Of a stretch of 64,000 nucleotides of DNA, positions 1-11,333 are shown in pieces. Within the stretch, counting starts at the first letter, position 1, and each line of letters begins with the position of its first letter. The notes below the pieces were generated by a model. The model saw only the letters and a list, made by a program, of their open reading frames with translations, was not told where the DNA came from and did no database searches. Source of the stretch: Chloroflexota bacterium (lineage in GTDB: Bacteria > Chloroflexota > Anaerolineae > UBA2200); assembly GCA_030607875.1 (NCBI GenBank), contig JAUWJD010000012.1:11130-75129 (forward strand), written 5' to 3'. The translations under genes and the position numbers were made by a program.

Positions 1-608
1 AGTTCGCTTTTCGCAGTCTGGGCAAGCCGTTCATGATCTTTATGCTTATCGTGGGGCTATTCGACCTGGGCAACTCCTCCGATGCGTTCCTGGTGCTGCG
101 TGCCCAGGAGCGCGGTTTGAACGTGTTGGGAGTGCTGGGCATGCTGGCCACCTTCAACCTGGTTTACACAGTGGTCTCCACGCCCGCAGGGGCGCTTTCC
201 GACCGCATCGGAAGGCGCAAGCTGCTCATCGGCGGCTGGCTGCTGTATGCGCTGATCTACCTCGGCTTTGCGCTGGCCGGGTGGGGCTGGCAAGTGTGGA
301 TGCTGTACGCTGCCTACGGCTTGTACTACGGCCTGACCTACGGGACGGCAAAGGCCATGGTTGCTGACCTTGTGCCAGAGACGCTGCGGGGCACGGCGTA
401 CGGGACTTATAACGCCGTGCTGGGGCTGCTTGACTTTCCAGCCTCGCTGATTGCCGGGTTGCTGTGGGACGGGCTGCCCGCCTGGGGCTGGCGGGGCTTT
501 GGTGCACCTGCGCCCTTCTTCTTCGGTGCAGTGATGGCCTTTCTCGCTGCCATTGCCATGCTGCTGTGGAAGCCGCGAGCAGTGGCGAGACTAACAGCGG
601 GATCTTAG
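1..608 (+). CDS. MFS transporter (5'-truncated by window edge)
   Basis: Multiple TM segments; MFS motif GALSDRIGRRK; 'LGNSSDAFLVLRA' typical of this MFS subfamily; frame is open upstream to the window start. Confidence 0.85.
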   Translation, partial: FAFRSLGKPFMIFMLIVGLFDLGNSSDAFLVLRAQERGLNVLGVLGMLATFNLVYTVVSTPAGALSDRIGRRKLLIGGWLLYALIYLGFALAGWGWQVWMLYAAYGLYYGLTYGTAKAMVADLVPETLRGTAYGTYNAVLGLLDFPASLIAGLLWDGLPAWGWRGFGAPAPFFFGAVMAFLAAIAMLLWKPRAVARLTAGS

Positions 609-625
609 CCCCCCAATGTTCCTGC

Positions 626-1453
626 TCAGTCCGGAGTGCTTCGTCTGCTCTGGCGCGGGGAATATGTCGGGCCGCCACCAGCCCGCGGCGTGTCCCCGTA
701 TCTCAGTAGGCAGCTGTATGAGGTGGTCAGCAATTCCCGCAGTGGTGGAATGAATCTCAGGAATCCAACACTTATCTCAAAGCGGGGCGGACGCAGGAAA
801 TAGGACTCCCTTAGCAAAGCCAGGCCCAGTCGTTTTCGCATTCGGTGGAAGTCACCAATGGAGAGTCCGTTCAGGCCATCAAAGACGCGCAACCACTCCG
901 TTGGGTCAGCACTGCGCCGAGCCGCAGTCCACCGAACGTAGCGGTGTACCCAGCGGTGGGGCAGAAACTGGACGGGCAGAAAGGTGTAGTCGTAGAGATG
1001 ATGGCCGGCCAGCGAGTGATAAGGTGTGAACTCAATGAAGATCCATCCCCCCGGCCGTATCACTCGGGCAAGTTCGGCCACAGCCTGATCAGGGGCGGCT
1101 ACGTGTTCCAGGACGTCGAAGAGAACGACGCCATCGAACATGTTGCTGGGAAAGGGGAGGGCCTCGGCTGCGAGCTGCACAAGCTCTACCGCTGCACCCC
1201 GACAGAACTCCTGCGCGCGAATGAGTAGGTCGGCACAGAGATCACCGGCAATCACCCGAGCCCCCTGCTCTGCCAAGACAGCCGAGGACGCCCCCTGGCC
1301 TGCGCCTATGTCCAGGATCAGCGAACCGCCAACGCGAGACATGCCCACTCGTTCCCAAGAGACCAAGAATCGGGACTTGCGCCAGAGGAAATAGTCGCGG
1401 CTGATGGATTCAAGAGAGGGGACTTTTAGAAGCTGTGGCCTGCTGACTCTCAA
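626..1453 (-). CDS. Class I SAM-dependent methyltransferase
   Basis: ILDIGAGQG motif I; LPFPSNMFDGVVLFDVLEHV; RVIRPGG. Confidence 0.85.
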   Translation of the reverse strand: MRVSRPQLLKVPSLESISRDYFLWRKSRFLVSWERVGMSRVGGSLILDIGAGQGASSAVLAEQGARVIAGDLCADLLIRAQEFCRGAAVELVQLAAEALPFPSNMFDGVVLFDVLEHVAAPDQAVAELARVIRPGGWIFIEFTPYHSLAGHHLYDYTFLPVQFLPHRWVHRYVRWTAARRSADPTEWLRVFDGLNGLSIGDFHRMRKRLGLALLRESYFLRPPRFEISVGFLRFIPPLRELLTTSYSCLLRYGDTPRAGGGPTYSPRQSRRSTPD

Positions 1454-1755
1454 AACGTTGTACCCCCTGTTGCTTTGAAGTATCGTGCCGTCTATGTTAG
1501 TCTGAATGCCATTATCCTTGCCTATCGAAACTGGCTGGTAGCAGGGGCCGAGGGGCTCCTACCCATTCGATTTTGGGGCGCTGCCATTCCATCGCCGGTA
1601 GCACTGTAAGGCTTGCAGGGCATGCGAGGCAGTGGGCCTTAGCAGCGTGCATGCCTCCGTCTCCCTCGGCAAATCCCGAGTGCACCACATCTCATGGTCA
1701 AGATGTGGGTTATGAACGGGCCTGGAGAAATCGGGCACGGTTCTCTTCCTTGACA

Positions 1756-1784
1756 ATTGTATCATACAAATACTGGTGAGTCAG
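1756..1784 (-). promoter_or_regulatory. Putative sigma70 promoter (CTGACT-N17-TACAAT, extended TG) overlapped by palindrome TTGTATCATACAA
   Basis: Read directly on the minus strand about 300 nt upstream of the methyltransferase. Confidence 0.4.
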
Positions 1785-1906
1785 AAAGTATCCGACCCAC
1801 AAGAGTGGTACCGAAGTGAAGGTGGCCGCTGACTTGCTGGCGCGTCCTGGTGATGCAAGTGACAGTCTGGTGCGTGCTCGAGGTGTGCTTGCCAGTGCGT
1901 AGCCCG

Positions 1907-2659
1907 TCACACAGGTGGGTCGCTGATAGCTGGGGCGTCTTGCTCTGTCTGCTCCTCGTTCAAGTCCGCAAAACGATAGCCCACGCCCCGCTCGTTGAAA
2001 ATGTACTTGGGATGGCTGGGGTCGGGCTCAATTTTCTGACGCAGGTAAGTGATGTACAGCCGCAATAGCTGGGTGTCATCGCGGTATTCGTAGCCCCAGA
2101 CCTTCGAGAGCAGTGTCTCGTGTGTCATGACCCAGCCGGCGTTGTTCACCAGGTGATAGAGCAGGCGGTATTCAGTAGGGCGCAGTTTGGTGCGCTTGCC
2201 CCGCACCAGTACTACGTGCCGCTGGAAGTCGACTGCCAGGTCGTCGTCAATGACCGTCAGCGTTTTCTGCAGCGGTGCTGGCATCTCTGCGCGACGCAAC
2301 GCGGCTTTGACCCGGCTCATCAGTTCTCGTGGAGAAAAGGGCTTGGTGACATAATCATCTGCACCCAGTTCCAGGCCATGGATTTTGGCCTCTTCTTCGG
2401 CTTTCACCGTGAGCATGATCACCGGGACGCTGGAGATCTGGCGGATGCGTTCCAGGGTTTCGTACCCATCCATCTCAGGCATCATGATGTCCAGGATGAC
2501 CAGGTCGGGGATTTCCTTACGGATCTTGTCGATGGCCTCCATCCCATTGGAAGCTCTGCTGACCTGATAGCCCTCCAGCTCCAGGTTCATCTGCACGAAG
2601 CGAACCAGGCGCGGTTCATCGTCCACGACCAAGATGAGTTTGTTCTCTCCTTCGGGCAT
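1907..2659 (-). CDS. OmpR/KdpE-family response regulator
   Basis: Receiver domain (LVVDDE, LDIMMP, KPF) plus winged HTH ([15 protein letters not shown]...RGVGYRF); start set at MPEGENK. Confidence 0.92.
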   Translation of the reverse strand: MPEGENKLILVVDDEPRLVRFVQMNLELEGYQVSRASNGMEAIDKIRKEIPDLVILDIMMPEMDGYETLERIRQISSVPVIMLTVKAEEEAKIHGLELGADDYVTKPFSPRELMSRVKAALRRAEMPAPLQKTLTVIDDDLAVDFQRHVVLVRGKRTKLRPTEYRLLYHLVNNAGWVMTHETLLSKVWGYEYRDDTQLLRLYITYLRQKIEPDPSHPKYIFNERGVGYRFADLNEEQTEQDAPAISDPPV

Positions 2660-2736
2660 TCCTATGGTTTCCTCTTTTCCTGAATCAAATACTAGCTGAC
2701 GGCTTGCAGTTGCCAGTGGACATAGCACTGGGTTTA

Positions 2737-4278
2737 TCAAAGTGGCAGTGTGAAGTGGAAGGTGGAGCCCTGGCCTGATGCGCTCTCCACCCAGATTTGT
2801 CCCCCGTGTCCCTCGACAATGGCTTTGCACAGGAATAGCCCCAGTCCAACCCCTTGAGTGCGACGGCCCAGGCTGGAATCTACACGATAGAATGGTTCGA
2901 ACAAGCTGGGCTGCTTGTCCAGAGGGATGCCCAGCCCTTTGTCAGAGACGAACAGTTCCACATAGTCATGGAGCGCGCGGCCACCGACACGGATTGTGCC
3001 TCCGTCGGGTGAGTATTTGATAGCATTGCTGATCAAATTGGAGAATACCTCTTGCAGGCGCTCTTCATCAGCCAGAATTGGCGGAAAGTCTGGCGGAAAG
3101 TCCAACTGCAGGTCGTGCTGCGTAGCCTGCACCCGGAACCGCTCCACGGTCTTGGCCGCCAGTTTGGGAATGGATACGTCGTCCAGTTTCAGCTTCAGGG
3201 TACCCGCCTGGATACGGGAAGCTTCGAGCAAGTTATCGATCAGGCGATGCAAGCGGTCGCTCTCCTCTTCGATGATTGCCAGGCTCTCCAGCACGGTTGC
3301 CGGATCCCAGTGCGCATCCTCGCGGCGCAGCGTACTGGCATAGCCCTTGATCAAGGCCACCGGAGTCTTGAGTTCGTGTGAGATCACGGAGATGAACATG
3401 CTTTTCATCTCCTCTGCTTCGCGGTAACGCGTCACGTCGTGTACGCTGCCGATGATGTTGACCAAGGTGCCCTGGTCATCGTACAGTGGGGAGTAGGTGA
3501 TGCTGACGCTGGTACGATGGCCGTCGCGCCGGACAATGTCGCCTTCTACCTGCAGTTTGTCGTCGCTGGAAAAGGTCTGGAGCGGGCAGCCGGTTTCGCA
3601 AACGTTCATGCCCTGCGCATTTTGCAGGGCAATCACTCGCCGGCAGGGCTGGCCGCGAGCCTGCTCCGGCACCCAGCCCGTGATCTCGGCCAGAGCGCGG
3701 TTTATGGTCTGGATGCGGCATCGTGCATCGAGGATCAGCACACCGTCAGCGCTGTTCTCAATGATGGCATCCATGCGGAGTTTCTCTTCAGCTAGTTGCT
3801 GGTACAGCGACGCATTGCGCACGGCGATAGCCGCCTGGTCAGCAAAGCTAGACAGCACCAGGCGGTCGTCTGCAGAGAAGGCACTGTCGCGGGTGCGGAA
3901 GACGTAGATTACGCCGATCAGCTTGTCGTCGAGCGTGAGGGGCCGGCCCACCACCTGGCGCAGGTGGATGCCCGCGCTCGCTGCCACCGACCGCAGCCGG
4001 CGGTAAAGGTCAGGGACTGGCCAGCGAGCATGTTGCAAGGGGATGTTGGTCAAAAGGGGCGCAAAGAGTTGTGGTGTGCGGGCTGGGAGTCCGTAGCTGG
4101 CACGTATGTGGAACTCGCCGTCTCGTGCTTGCAGGGCGATCAAGCCTGCTTCGCCACGCAGCATTTCTACCGTGCTTTCGATGATCAACTGCAGCAAGGA
4201 CGGCAGATCCAGCCGGGCGGTCATGGCCCGGCTGATGCTCAGCAGATAGTCTCGCTGCCTCAACAGATATTCTTCCAT
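2737..4278 (-). CDS. GAF-PAS sensor histidine kinase
   Basis: GAF ([12 protein letters not shown]), PAS, H-box SHELKTP, N-box [22 protein letters not shown]; adjacent to the response regulator. Confidence 0.92.
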   Translation of the reverse strand: MEEYLLRQRDYLLSISRAMTARLDLPSLLQLIIESTVEMLRGEAGLIALQARDGEFHIRASYGLPARTPQLFAPLLTNIPLQHARWPVPDLYRRLRSVAASAGIHLRQVVGRPLTLDDKLIGVIYVFRTRDSAFSADDRLVLSSFADQAAIAVRNASLYQQLAEEKLRMDAIIENSADGVLILDARCRIQTINRALAEITGWVPEQARGQPCRRVIALQNAQGMNVCETGCPLQTFSSDDKLQVEGDIVRRDGHRTSVSITYSPLYDDQGTLVNIIGSVHDVTRYREAEEMKSMFISVISHELKTPVALIKGYASTLRREDAHWDPATVLESLAIIEEESDRLHRLIDNLLEASRIQAGTLKLKLDDVSIPKLAAKTVERFRVQATQHDLQLDFPPDFPPILADEERLQEVFSNLISNAIKYSPDGGTIRVGGRALHDYVELFVSDKGLGIPLDKQPSLFEPFYRVDSSLGRRTQGVGLGLFLCKAIVEGHGGQIWVESASGQGSTFHFTLPL

Positions 4279-4527
4279 GTGCAGACCCTCTCGCAAACCC
4301 CCACTTCGGTCCAAGGATACTCCAACTAGACCTGACTGTCAATTGGAATGAAGAGGGGTGGCCAAGTGGTTCATCTCTAGAAATGCGTCTCAAGCTGCGA
4401 GGACAGGGAAGCAGCGCCAGCCACGCCTCGGCAGTGCGGGATTCCTGCGAGCAGGTGGCACTCGCCTGTGACATCTACCGTACAAGACAACGGTAGTCTG
4501 GCTCTTGTGGTCTCTGCCACTGTGCTG

Positions 4528-5817
4528 TCAGTTCACAGCAGGGTTCTGGCCGGTATTCTTGATCAGGCTCAAGGCGCCGGTGCGAGCTGCTTCGAGGATA
4601 GGCCTCACGTACTCATCCACCATGTTCGCGGTGAGCGGCACAGGCATGTTCTCCAGCTTCATCCTCAACTGAGGGTCCTTTGCCGCGGTTAGCGCCCGCT
4701 CGATGTGCTCCTGGGTGAACCCTTCAACCTCGCCCAGCGTGGTCGGGCAGCCGATGTGTTTGCTGAGTTGCATCATCGCTTCGGCAACGGCCATTCCCAG
4801 CTCGCGCCCGCCGAGTTCGTCAATGTCTGCGTCGGTGAGGCCAGCTTCCTTGAAGATGTTGGCCACCATGTGCAGCGGTTGCTCAACTGCTGGGGCAAAG
4901 AAGACGACGTAGTAAGGGTTCATGATGGCACAGGCACGACCGTGGCTAAGGACGTCGACGAGGGAGAAACTGGTCAGGTGCCCGCCGTTGGTCCCCCCCC
5001 GCATGATGGCATAGCCGCCCAGATCGGTGGCCAGGCCCAACGCTGGCCGAGCCTGAGAATCGTTGCAGTTTGTCACCGCGCGCTCGACATAGTTCACCAC
5101 CAACCCGATGGCCTCCCCTGCCACTTCCATCATTTTGCCGTAGTAGGGCTTTTCCACTGCGCCCAACAGCACTTCCAAAGCGTGGGCAACGCCATCCAGT
5201 GCTCCGTCAGCCGTGAAGCCAGGAGGCATGGACTTGGTCACATCATAATCGAAGAGAGCCCGCACGGGCACGATGGCGTCATCGACGATGAGCTTCTTCT
5301 GCCCTGCGGAGATGTCGGGGATGTTGGCGTATTTGGTCAGATGCGCGCCGGAACTGGCAGCGGTCTGGACAGCCACCACGGGAGTGAGCGTCTTGGCGGT
5401 CTGCTGCAGCTTCTCGCTGACTTTGCCGGTGCCAAAGTAGTTTTCGATCTCCCCGCCCAAGGTGCGCAGTACTTCTGCCGCTTTGGTTGCATCAAGAGTG
5501 CTGCCGCCGCCAAGACAGACGATGACATCCGGGTCGGTTGCCTCTAGTTCCTCGGCCATGCGGAAGAGGTCTTGGCGCGGGGCGTTAGGTCGCGCCCCTT
5601 TGATTTCAGCCAAGACTCTGACCTCGGCGGCAGTCAGTGAATCTTTCACCGTCGCAATGAGCACATCGCTGCCAGGGAACCCAGGGTATATGAATGCGGC
5701 GTGCTGGCCCAATTCGGCTGTTATTGTGCCGACCTTGCCTAGCACACCTGAACCGAAGGCATATGCTTCCCCCTTGAACTCACGGATCAGCGCTTCAGCC
5801 CTTTTGAAGTCAGACAC
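4528..5817 (-). CDS. Iron-containing alcohol dehydrogenase family protein
   Basis: GGGSTLDATK; DGVAHALE; GHLTSF...SHGRACA metal ligands. Confidence 0.85.
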   Translation of the reverse strand: MSDFKRAEALIREFKGEAYAFGSGVLGKVGTITAELGQHAAFIYPGFPGSDVLIATVKDSLTAAEVRVLAEIKGARPNAPRQDLFRMAEELEATDPDVIVCLGGGSTLDATKAAEVLRTLGGEIENYFGTGKVSEKLQQTAKTLTPVVAVQTAASSGAHLTKYANIPDISAGQKKLIVDDAIVPVRALFDYDVTKSMPPGFTADGALDGVAHALEVLLGAVEKPYYGKMMEVAGEAIGLVVNYVERAVTNCNDSQARPALGLATDLGGYAIMRGGTNGGHLTSFSLVDVLSHGRACAIMNPYYVVFFAPAVEQPLHMVANIFKEAGLTDADIDELGGRELGMAVAEAMMQLSKHIGCPTTLGEVEGFTQEHIERALTAAKDPQLRMKLENMPVPLTANMVDEYVRPILEAARTGALSLIKNTGQNPAVN

Positions 5818-6278
5818 GGTACTCTCCCTTTGATGTTGTGATACGATTGTCGGCAGTCAAAGTACCTTCCGGACCGCTGATGTTTGTGTAAGCTTACTCC
5901 GTTCGAACTCGGCTGTCAATTGAACACGCGCTGGTGATCATCCATATCTCGCCGCGGAGCACGTAGCCTCGCCTGAGAGATGGCTACGACGGGGGATGCT
6001 TCACGAAGGTCGCGGAGAGGACAAAGAATAGGCCTTCTCTGCGCACTTCCCCGCCGAGAAGATGGCGGGACTGCGCCTTGCCTTGGCGGCAAGACAAGGT
6101 GTGCTCTCTGCGGTAGATAGAAGAGCCGCCACTGCGCTCGTCTTCCAAGATGTGGGTAATCACCAGGCTGTCGTCTTGCTGCGAGGGCACTGTCAGAGTA
6201 TAATCATTGCTCAGTGGTCGCCTGGCAGTCCTTTTCGCCTGTGGTTCCTGTCTCACTACACATAGGAGGTCGTTCCAG

Positions 6279-7316
6279 ATGAAAGCAATCGACTTGCGCA
6301 GTGACACGGTCACTCTGCCCAGCCCGGCCATGCGTGAGGCTATGTACCGTGCCGAGTTGGGCGATGACGTTTTCGGTGAAGATCCCACGGTGAACCGCCT
6401 GCAAGAGATGGCGGCCGAGAGGATGGGTCAAGAGGCAGCGCTGTTCGTTGCCAGCGGCACCATGGGCAACCTGGTTTCGCTGCTGACCCACTGCGGGCGA
6501 GGAGACGGGGCTATCATGGGTGACCGCTCGCACACATTCCTCAACGAGGCTGGTGGATCGTCCGCGTTGGGAGGGATCTACCTGCTAGCACTTCCCAACC
6601 AGCCGGACGGCACGATCGATCCAGCCTCGATTGAAAGGGCAATACCCCATGAGGATGTGCACCATCCGCGAGTGAGACTGGTCTGCCTGGAGAACACGCA
6701 CAACTATTGTGGCGGGGTGGCTCTCGACGCGCAGTACACATCGTCCGTTGCTGACCTGGCTCACGGGCATGGCCTGACCCTTCATCTGGATGGCGCACGC
6801 GTTTTCAACGCGGCGCTGGCCCTGGATGTCCCTGCCAGCGCCCTGGCTGCCCCGGCAGACTCGGTGATGTTCTGTTTGTCCAAGGGCTTGAGCTGCCCGG
6901 TTGGCTCGCTGTTATGCGGCAGCGCCGAATTCATCGAGCGGGCGCGTCGCATGCGGAAGATGGTCGGCGGCGGTATGCGCCAGGTTGGAGTGCTGGCCGC
7001 AGCAGGCGTCGTCGCCCTGGAGGAGATGGTGGACCGACAGCAAGAGGATCACGACAATGCTCGGCTGTTGGCCGAAGGCATTGCCGAGATCGGTGGTCTG
7101 AGCCTCGACCTTGACAGTGTGCAAACTAACATCGTTTTCTTCGATTTCGCCAGCGACCGCATGACAGCCCAGCAGTTTGTTGACAAACTCAGGGACCAAG
7201 GAATTTTGATGCTGGCGCTTGGCCCGGGTCGTCTGCGGGCGGTGACCCACTATGGCATCGAACGCGCGGATATCGTGCAGGCGCTGCAAGTGATGCGTCA
7301 AGTCATGGCCGGATAG
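6279..7316 (+). CDS. ltaE: Low-specificity L-threonine aldolase
   Basis: IDLRSDTVT, GDDVFGEDPTV, SGTMGN, HLDGARVFNA, CLSKGL, GGGMRQ; AGGAGG RBS before the ATG at 6279. Confidence 0.93.
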   Translation: MKAIDLRSDTVTLPSPAMREAMYRAELGDDVFGEDPTVNRLQEMAAERMGQEAALFVASGTMGNLVSLLTHCGRGDGAIMGDRSHTFLNEAGGSSALGGIYLLALPNQPDGTIDPASIERAIPHEDVHHPRVRLVCLENTHNYCGGVALDAQYTSSVADLAHGHGLTLHLDGARVFNAALALDVPASALAAPADSVMFCLSKGLSCPVGSLLCGSAEFIERARRMRKMVGGGMRQVGVLAAAGVVALEEMVDRQQEDHDNARLLAEGIAEIGGLSLDLDSVQTNIVFFDFASDRMTAQQFVDKLRDQGILMLALGPGRLRAVTHYGIERADIVQALQVMRQVMAG

Positions 7317-7319
7317 GTC

Positions 7320-8393
7320 GTGATTGATACCAGCATCGTGCCTTTCACACCGTTCTCTCGCTTCCTGGCCGCAGCACGCCGCGAGCCAGTGGATCGTGTG
7401 CCCGTTGTAGGCGCCATATCTGATTTCTATCTCGCTCCTCTGTTTGGCTTCTCTGACCCGGATGATGCGGAAGCGAAACTGGAGATGCTGGTGCGTGGTG
7501 CCGAGTGCTTTCCGGATCAACCTCTGCTATTCGTCATCACTCCCTGTGCTGCTCTCTACCTGAACATGCTGCGCCAGGTGGACAACCGCGACGCCTATTA
7601 CGAGCGTCCGGAGGAATGGCTGCGGGTGGGGCGTTTGTACAGTGCGCGGGAATTAGCGCAGATACGCCTCCCCGAACCCTCGACCTGCCCTGAGCATATG
7701 ATTATGCAGCAGATCATTGCCTGGTATCACGAGAATGTGCCGCAAGAGTTGGTCGAGCGTTTTGGCTACGTCAAGGGATTGATCCGCTTCGAGAATCCTT
7801 TCGATCAGTTGGCCCTGAACCTGGGCATGGAATGGTTCGCACGAATCCACACCGATCCCGACTTTGTGCACGCGTCTATGGATTTGTTCACCGAAGCCAG
7901 CCTGGTAGGTGCGCGCTCGCTGGCCGAGGAGTTCGGCCCGCCGATTTGGGTGATGCTGGCTGAAGATCTGCCCTCCATGCTCAGTCCAGAGCATTACCTG
8001 CAATTCGTAGCCCCCTATCATCGACGTCTGTTCGAGGCCTTTCCTGATGCCATAAAGTTCCTGCACAACGACGGGGATGCTGCGCACTTGATCGAGGTGC
8101 TGCCCGAGTGTGGGATGGACATCCTGCACTTTGGGCCGCAGATTCCGATAAAAGTCGCCAAGTCCAAGATAGGGGAGCGCGTCGCCCTGATGGGCAATCT
8201 CGACCCCATGCGCGTGGCATTGCGCGGCAGCGATGAGGAATTCGCGGCCGAGTGTAGGCGCATCATTGAGATGGGCAAGCCCGGTGGTGGGTTCGTGTTC
8301 TCGACCGGGGGGGAACTGAGCCCAGGAACGGAACCGGAGCGGGTGCGAACCATGGCGCACTATGCGCACCAGTTCGGCGCGTATATGCCATGA
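7320..8393 (+). CDS. Uroporphyrinogen decarboxylase-like (URO-D/MtaA fold) protein
   Basis: EPVDRVPV N-terminus; MLSPEHYLQFVAPY; ALMGNLDP; GKPGGGFVFS; starts 3 nt after ltaE. Confidence 0.75.
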   Translation: MIDTSIVPFTPFSRFLAAARREPVDRVPVVGAISDFYLAPLFGFSDPDDAEAKLEMLVRGAECFPDQPLLFVITPCAALYLNMLRQVDNRDAYYERPEEWLRVGRLYSARELAQIRLPEPSTCPEHMIMQQIIAWYHENVPQELVERFGYVKGLIRFENPFDQLALNLGMEWFARIHTDPDFVHASMDLFTEASLVGARSLAEEFGPPIWVMLAEDLPSMLSPEHYLQFVAPYHRRLFEAFPDAIKFLHNDGDAAHLIEVLPECGMDILHFGPQIPIKVAKSKIGERVALMGNLDPMRVALRGSDEEFAAECRRIIEMGKPGGGFVFSTGGELSPGTEPERVRTMAHYAHQFGAYMP

Positions 8394-8398
8394 ACAAG

Positions 8399-8428
8399 GA
8401 AACCGGATGCTTGGAAACACCCGGTTTC
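8399..8428. repeat. Short palindrome (GAAACCGG...CCGGTTTC) between convergent genes, REP-like or terminator
   Basis: Imperfect inverted repeat; related copies at 21058-21090 and 31836-31868. Confidence 0.55.
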
Positions 8429-8626
8429 AGCTTCCGGTGGTCACGCTGACCTTTGTCCGAAGCCAAGCACTCTCGCCAGCAAGAGCAAGCCCACACTCCA
8501 GGCAAAGCCGTCCTTGACCCAGTTGAGGATGGACAAGGGGCTAATCACCACGGCCGCTTGGCAGCCTGCGACCATTGTGACCAAAATCATGCCAGTCTTG
8601 TGACGGTACCTCTCTCTGTTCGAGCT

Positions 8627-9772
8627 TCACCAGCCTTGCGGGCAGTTTGCCCCATAGTTGGACGTGACGAGCACCAGATCAAAGAGGTTGATCACACCGT
8701 CGGCGTTGATATCGGCACGTGGATCCAACACGGGCCCACTCGGATCGTAGACTGCCGCGACAATCACCAGATCGAACAGGTTGACGGCGCAGTCACCATT
8801 TGTATCGCCACTGCGCAACGTCAGGTCAGGCAAGAGCACATCGTGCCCACTCAGGATCACCACCGACGGCCTCAGCGCCGAGAGATATGCCTGGCGGCTC
8901 GCCTCCGCTGACCATGTGCCTGCTGGGATGCCATCGATGGCGTATTGCCCATCCACATCCGTCATTCCATAGCGCCCGACGATCTGTATCACTGTGCCGC
9001 TGTGGTCGCTGCGGCCTTCCAGCCGCACGACGCCGTGCACCTTGCCCGTATAGGGCGGAATGGTTGCCGTTGGGGTGGGTGTCGCGGTGCGAGTGCTTGT
9101 GGCTGTTGGGCTTGCTATCTCTGTTGGCGTGCTGGTTGGTGTATCGGTAACCAGAGGCGTGTTGGTCTGGGTAGGGCTAGTGGTTGGGGTTGGGGTGTCA
9201 GTAGGCGTGTTGGTTTGGGTAGGGCTGGCGGTTGGAGTTGGGGTATCAGTAGGCGTGTTGGTAATGGTTGGTGTATTGGTGTGAGTCGGACTGACTGTGG
9301 GGGTCGCAGTGTCCGTCGGTATTGGTGTCTCCGGTGGTGTGTGGGTGATGGTCGGCGTGGTGGTCGGAGTGGGGGTGTCTGTGGGAGGTAGGGTGGGCGT
9401 TGCTGTAGGTGTGGGCGTGTCCACTGGAAAGTCGCTCGCATCCCCCGGATAGGTCCACGCCGTGATCTCCTCGATGTTGCTGTAGCTGTCAGAATCAGAA
9501 TCCAGGCCCTCGATGAGAGTGAAAGCATCGAGGTCTGCGCCGAAATCAAACCAGTCCCAACCATAGTCATTCTTCATGCCTCCACCCGCAAGGCTGACGT
9601 GGCAGAGTCTGCAGTTGTCTATGCTGGAGCCAACAATGTCTGGGTATTTGCTGCGGGCCAGACCCAGGTAGGCCTCCACGGCTGTGCTGATCAGGGGTTG
9701 GACGGCCCAGGATAACGTGACTGCGATGAGCATGGTGATTAGCATTGCCGGCGTCAAAGCTGTGCGTTTCAT
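8627..9772 (-). CDS. Secreted protein: CxxCH heme-binding motif, Pro/Thr linker, carboxypeptidase-regulatory-like domain, dockerin-like domain
   Basis: Signal peptide; NCRLCH; [18 protein letters not shown]; long TPT repeats; [14 protein letters not shown]...[14 protein letters not shown]. Confidence 0.75.
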   Translation of the reverse strand: MKRTALTPAMLITMLIAVTLSWAVQPLISTAVEAYLGLARSKYPDIVGSSIDNCRLCHVSLAGGGMKNDYGWDWFDFGADLDAFTLIEGLDSDSDSYSNIEEITAWTYPGDASDFPVDTPTPTATPTLPPTDTPTPTTTPTITHTPPETPIPTDTATPTVSPTHTNTPTITNTPTDTPTPTASPTQTNTPTDTPTPTTSPTQTNTPLVTDTPTSTPTEIASPTATSTRTATPTPTATIPPYTGKVHGVVRLEGRSDHSGTVIQIVGRYGMTDVDGQYAIDGIPAGTWSAEASRQAYLSALRPSVVILSGHDVLLPDLTLRSGDTNGDCAVNLFDLVIVAAVYDPSGPVLDPRADINADGVINLFDLVLVTSNYGANCPQGW

Positions 9773-9785
9773 CTTACTTGCCCCC

Positions 9786-11333
9786 TTACATAGTATCTGA
9801 GAAGCTTGTGCCGTAGTTGGCGCCGACCAGGACCAGATCGAACAGGTGGACTTCTCCGTCCGCGTTCACGTCCTCCGCATAGGCAGGTCCCCGGGTGCCA
9901 TAACGCGATGAGACAGCTACGAGATCAAAAAGGTTGACAATGTCATCGTCGTTGACGTCGCCAGAAAGCAGTTGTATATCCGGCAGCGTGACCGCCTGGC
10001 CTGGACGAGCCTCCACGTCGGAGGCGTGGTGCCGAAGGTATCCGGCCATCTCTGCGTCCAGATCGTACATTCCGGTGGGCACTCCCTCAATGCGGAAGCT
10101 CCCATCCTCGCTCGTCACCGCCGAGCGTGCGCCCACGGAGACAAGCGCCCCGTGATGATCGTTGCGTCCTTGCAGCGAAACCCGGCCCGCGATGGTGCCT
10201 GTGCCAGGCGCGCTTGTGGCTGTTGCTGCAACAGGTCTCGTGGCTGTGTGCGTAGGCGTGGGCACCGGTGACGTTGCTGTTGCCGCTGCGGGAGGCATGG
10301 TTGTCGCCGTCCGCGTTGCAGTGGGCGCAGCGTCGCCCTGGGCCATGTGCGCCAGTGCCAAATAAGCCGGGCGCGGCGTGCCGTCGTGGTTCAGGATGGC
10401 GAACCAGCCCTTCTGATCGCAGAAATCGTTCCAGGGCACAAGGTTGTAGTCCATGTTCCATACAAACATGACGCCCATCCACGGCCAATGGGTACGGGCG
10501 AAGCGGTAGGCTCGCACCAGGTAGTCGGCTTGTGTCTGTGCCGATACACGTTGCCACCAACGGCCAGGCCAGCCATCATGATCGTAGCACTGGAGGGGCG
10601 GCTCAATGATCCAGCCAAACTCGGTGAGCCAGATGGGCTTGGCACCGTCGCCATGTTGTGCCATGATCGCGTGCTGCTGCTCAGCGCGGCGGAAGCAATG
10701 AATCGGGTTGCTGGAAGCGTCCTCTGGCGCGTAACCGAACCCGTAAGGGTGAGAGCCCAGTGCGTCAAAGTAGGGCCTGGCTCCCGCAGCGTACATGCCG
10801 CGTAGGAATGCCACATCATCCATGGCCAGGTCACCCACGCCACCGTTAACGGCCAGGCCAGCGCAGACAATAATACAGTTTGGGTCTGCCTCCTTGGCCC
10901 GGAGGTAAGCCTCCCGCAGAAAAGCGACGTACTCACCCGGATCGGCGTGCCGTGGTTTGTGCCACATTTCAGCCAGGTTTGGCTCGTTGCAGATCTGATA
11001 GGCGGCGATCCGGCCCCGGTAGCGGCTGACAACGTCGTAGACATAATCCCCCCAACTCTGCACGTCCGTGAGCGGAACCTCCCATCCCAGCAACAGGAGC
11101 ACCTTCAATCCGTATCGTTCAGCTTCCTCCACCTGTTCCGGGAAATAGATTCTGACCCATTCAAAGCCCATCTCAGCCGTTCTGCGCATGCCGACAACGC
11201 TGGCAACGTTTGTCCCGTAGCCGGGGCCTGGATTCTGACCATGGGCCAGTGGCAGGGGGACTGCAACCAACAGCGCCATCATGATCAAGAGCCACATTAT
11301 GCACAATGCCCAGGGGTTCCTGCCCAAGTTCAT
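9786..11333 (-). CDS. Secreted GH-A clan (GH5/GH39-like) glycoside hydrolase with Pro/Thr linker and dockerin-like domain
   Basis: Signal peptide; catalytic NEPN and IWLTEFGW; [10 protein letters not shown]; C-terminal [14 protein letters not shown]...[14 protein letters not shown]. Confidence 0.8.
   Translation of the reverse strand: MNLGRNPWALCIMWLLIMMALLVAVPLPLAHGQNPGPGYGTNVASVVGMRRTAEMGFEWVRIYFPEQVEEAERYGLKVLLLLGWEVPLTDVQSWGDYVYDVVSRYRGRIAAYQICNEPNLAEMWHKPRHADPGEYVAFLREAYLRAKEADPNCIIVCAGLAVNGGVGDLAMDDVAFLRGMYAAGARPYFDALGSHPYGFGYAPEDASSNPIHCFRRAEQQHAIMAQHGDGAKPIWLTEFGWIIEPPLQCYDHDGWPGRWWQRVSAQTQADYLVRAYRFARTHWPWMGVMFVWNMDYNLVPWNDFCDQKGWFAILNHDGTPRPAYLALAHMAQGDAAPTATRTATTMPPAAATATSPVPTPTHTATRPVAATATSAPGTGTIAGRVSLQGRNDHHGALVSVGARSAVTSEDGSFRIEGVPTGMYDLDAEMAGYLRHHASDVEARPGQAVTLPDIQLLSGDVNDDDIVNLFDLVAVSSRYGTRGPAYAEDVNADGEVHLFDLVLVGANYGTSFSDTM

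Noticed and set aside
9060-9425. Tandem GGTGT/GGCGT-rich repeats as a CRISPR array or VNTR
   Set aside because: They are the codons of a Pro/Thr linker on the minus strand, with no constant repeat and unique spacer structure.
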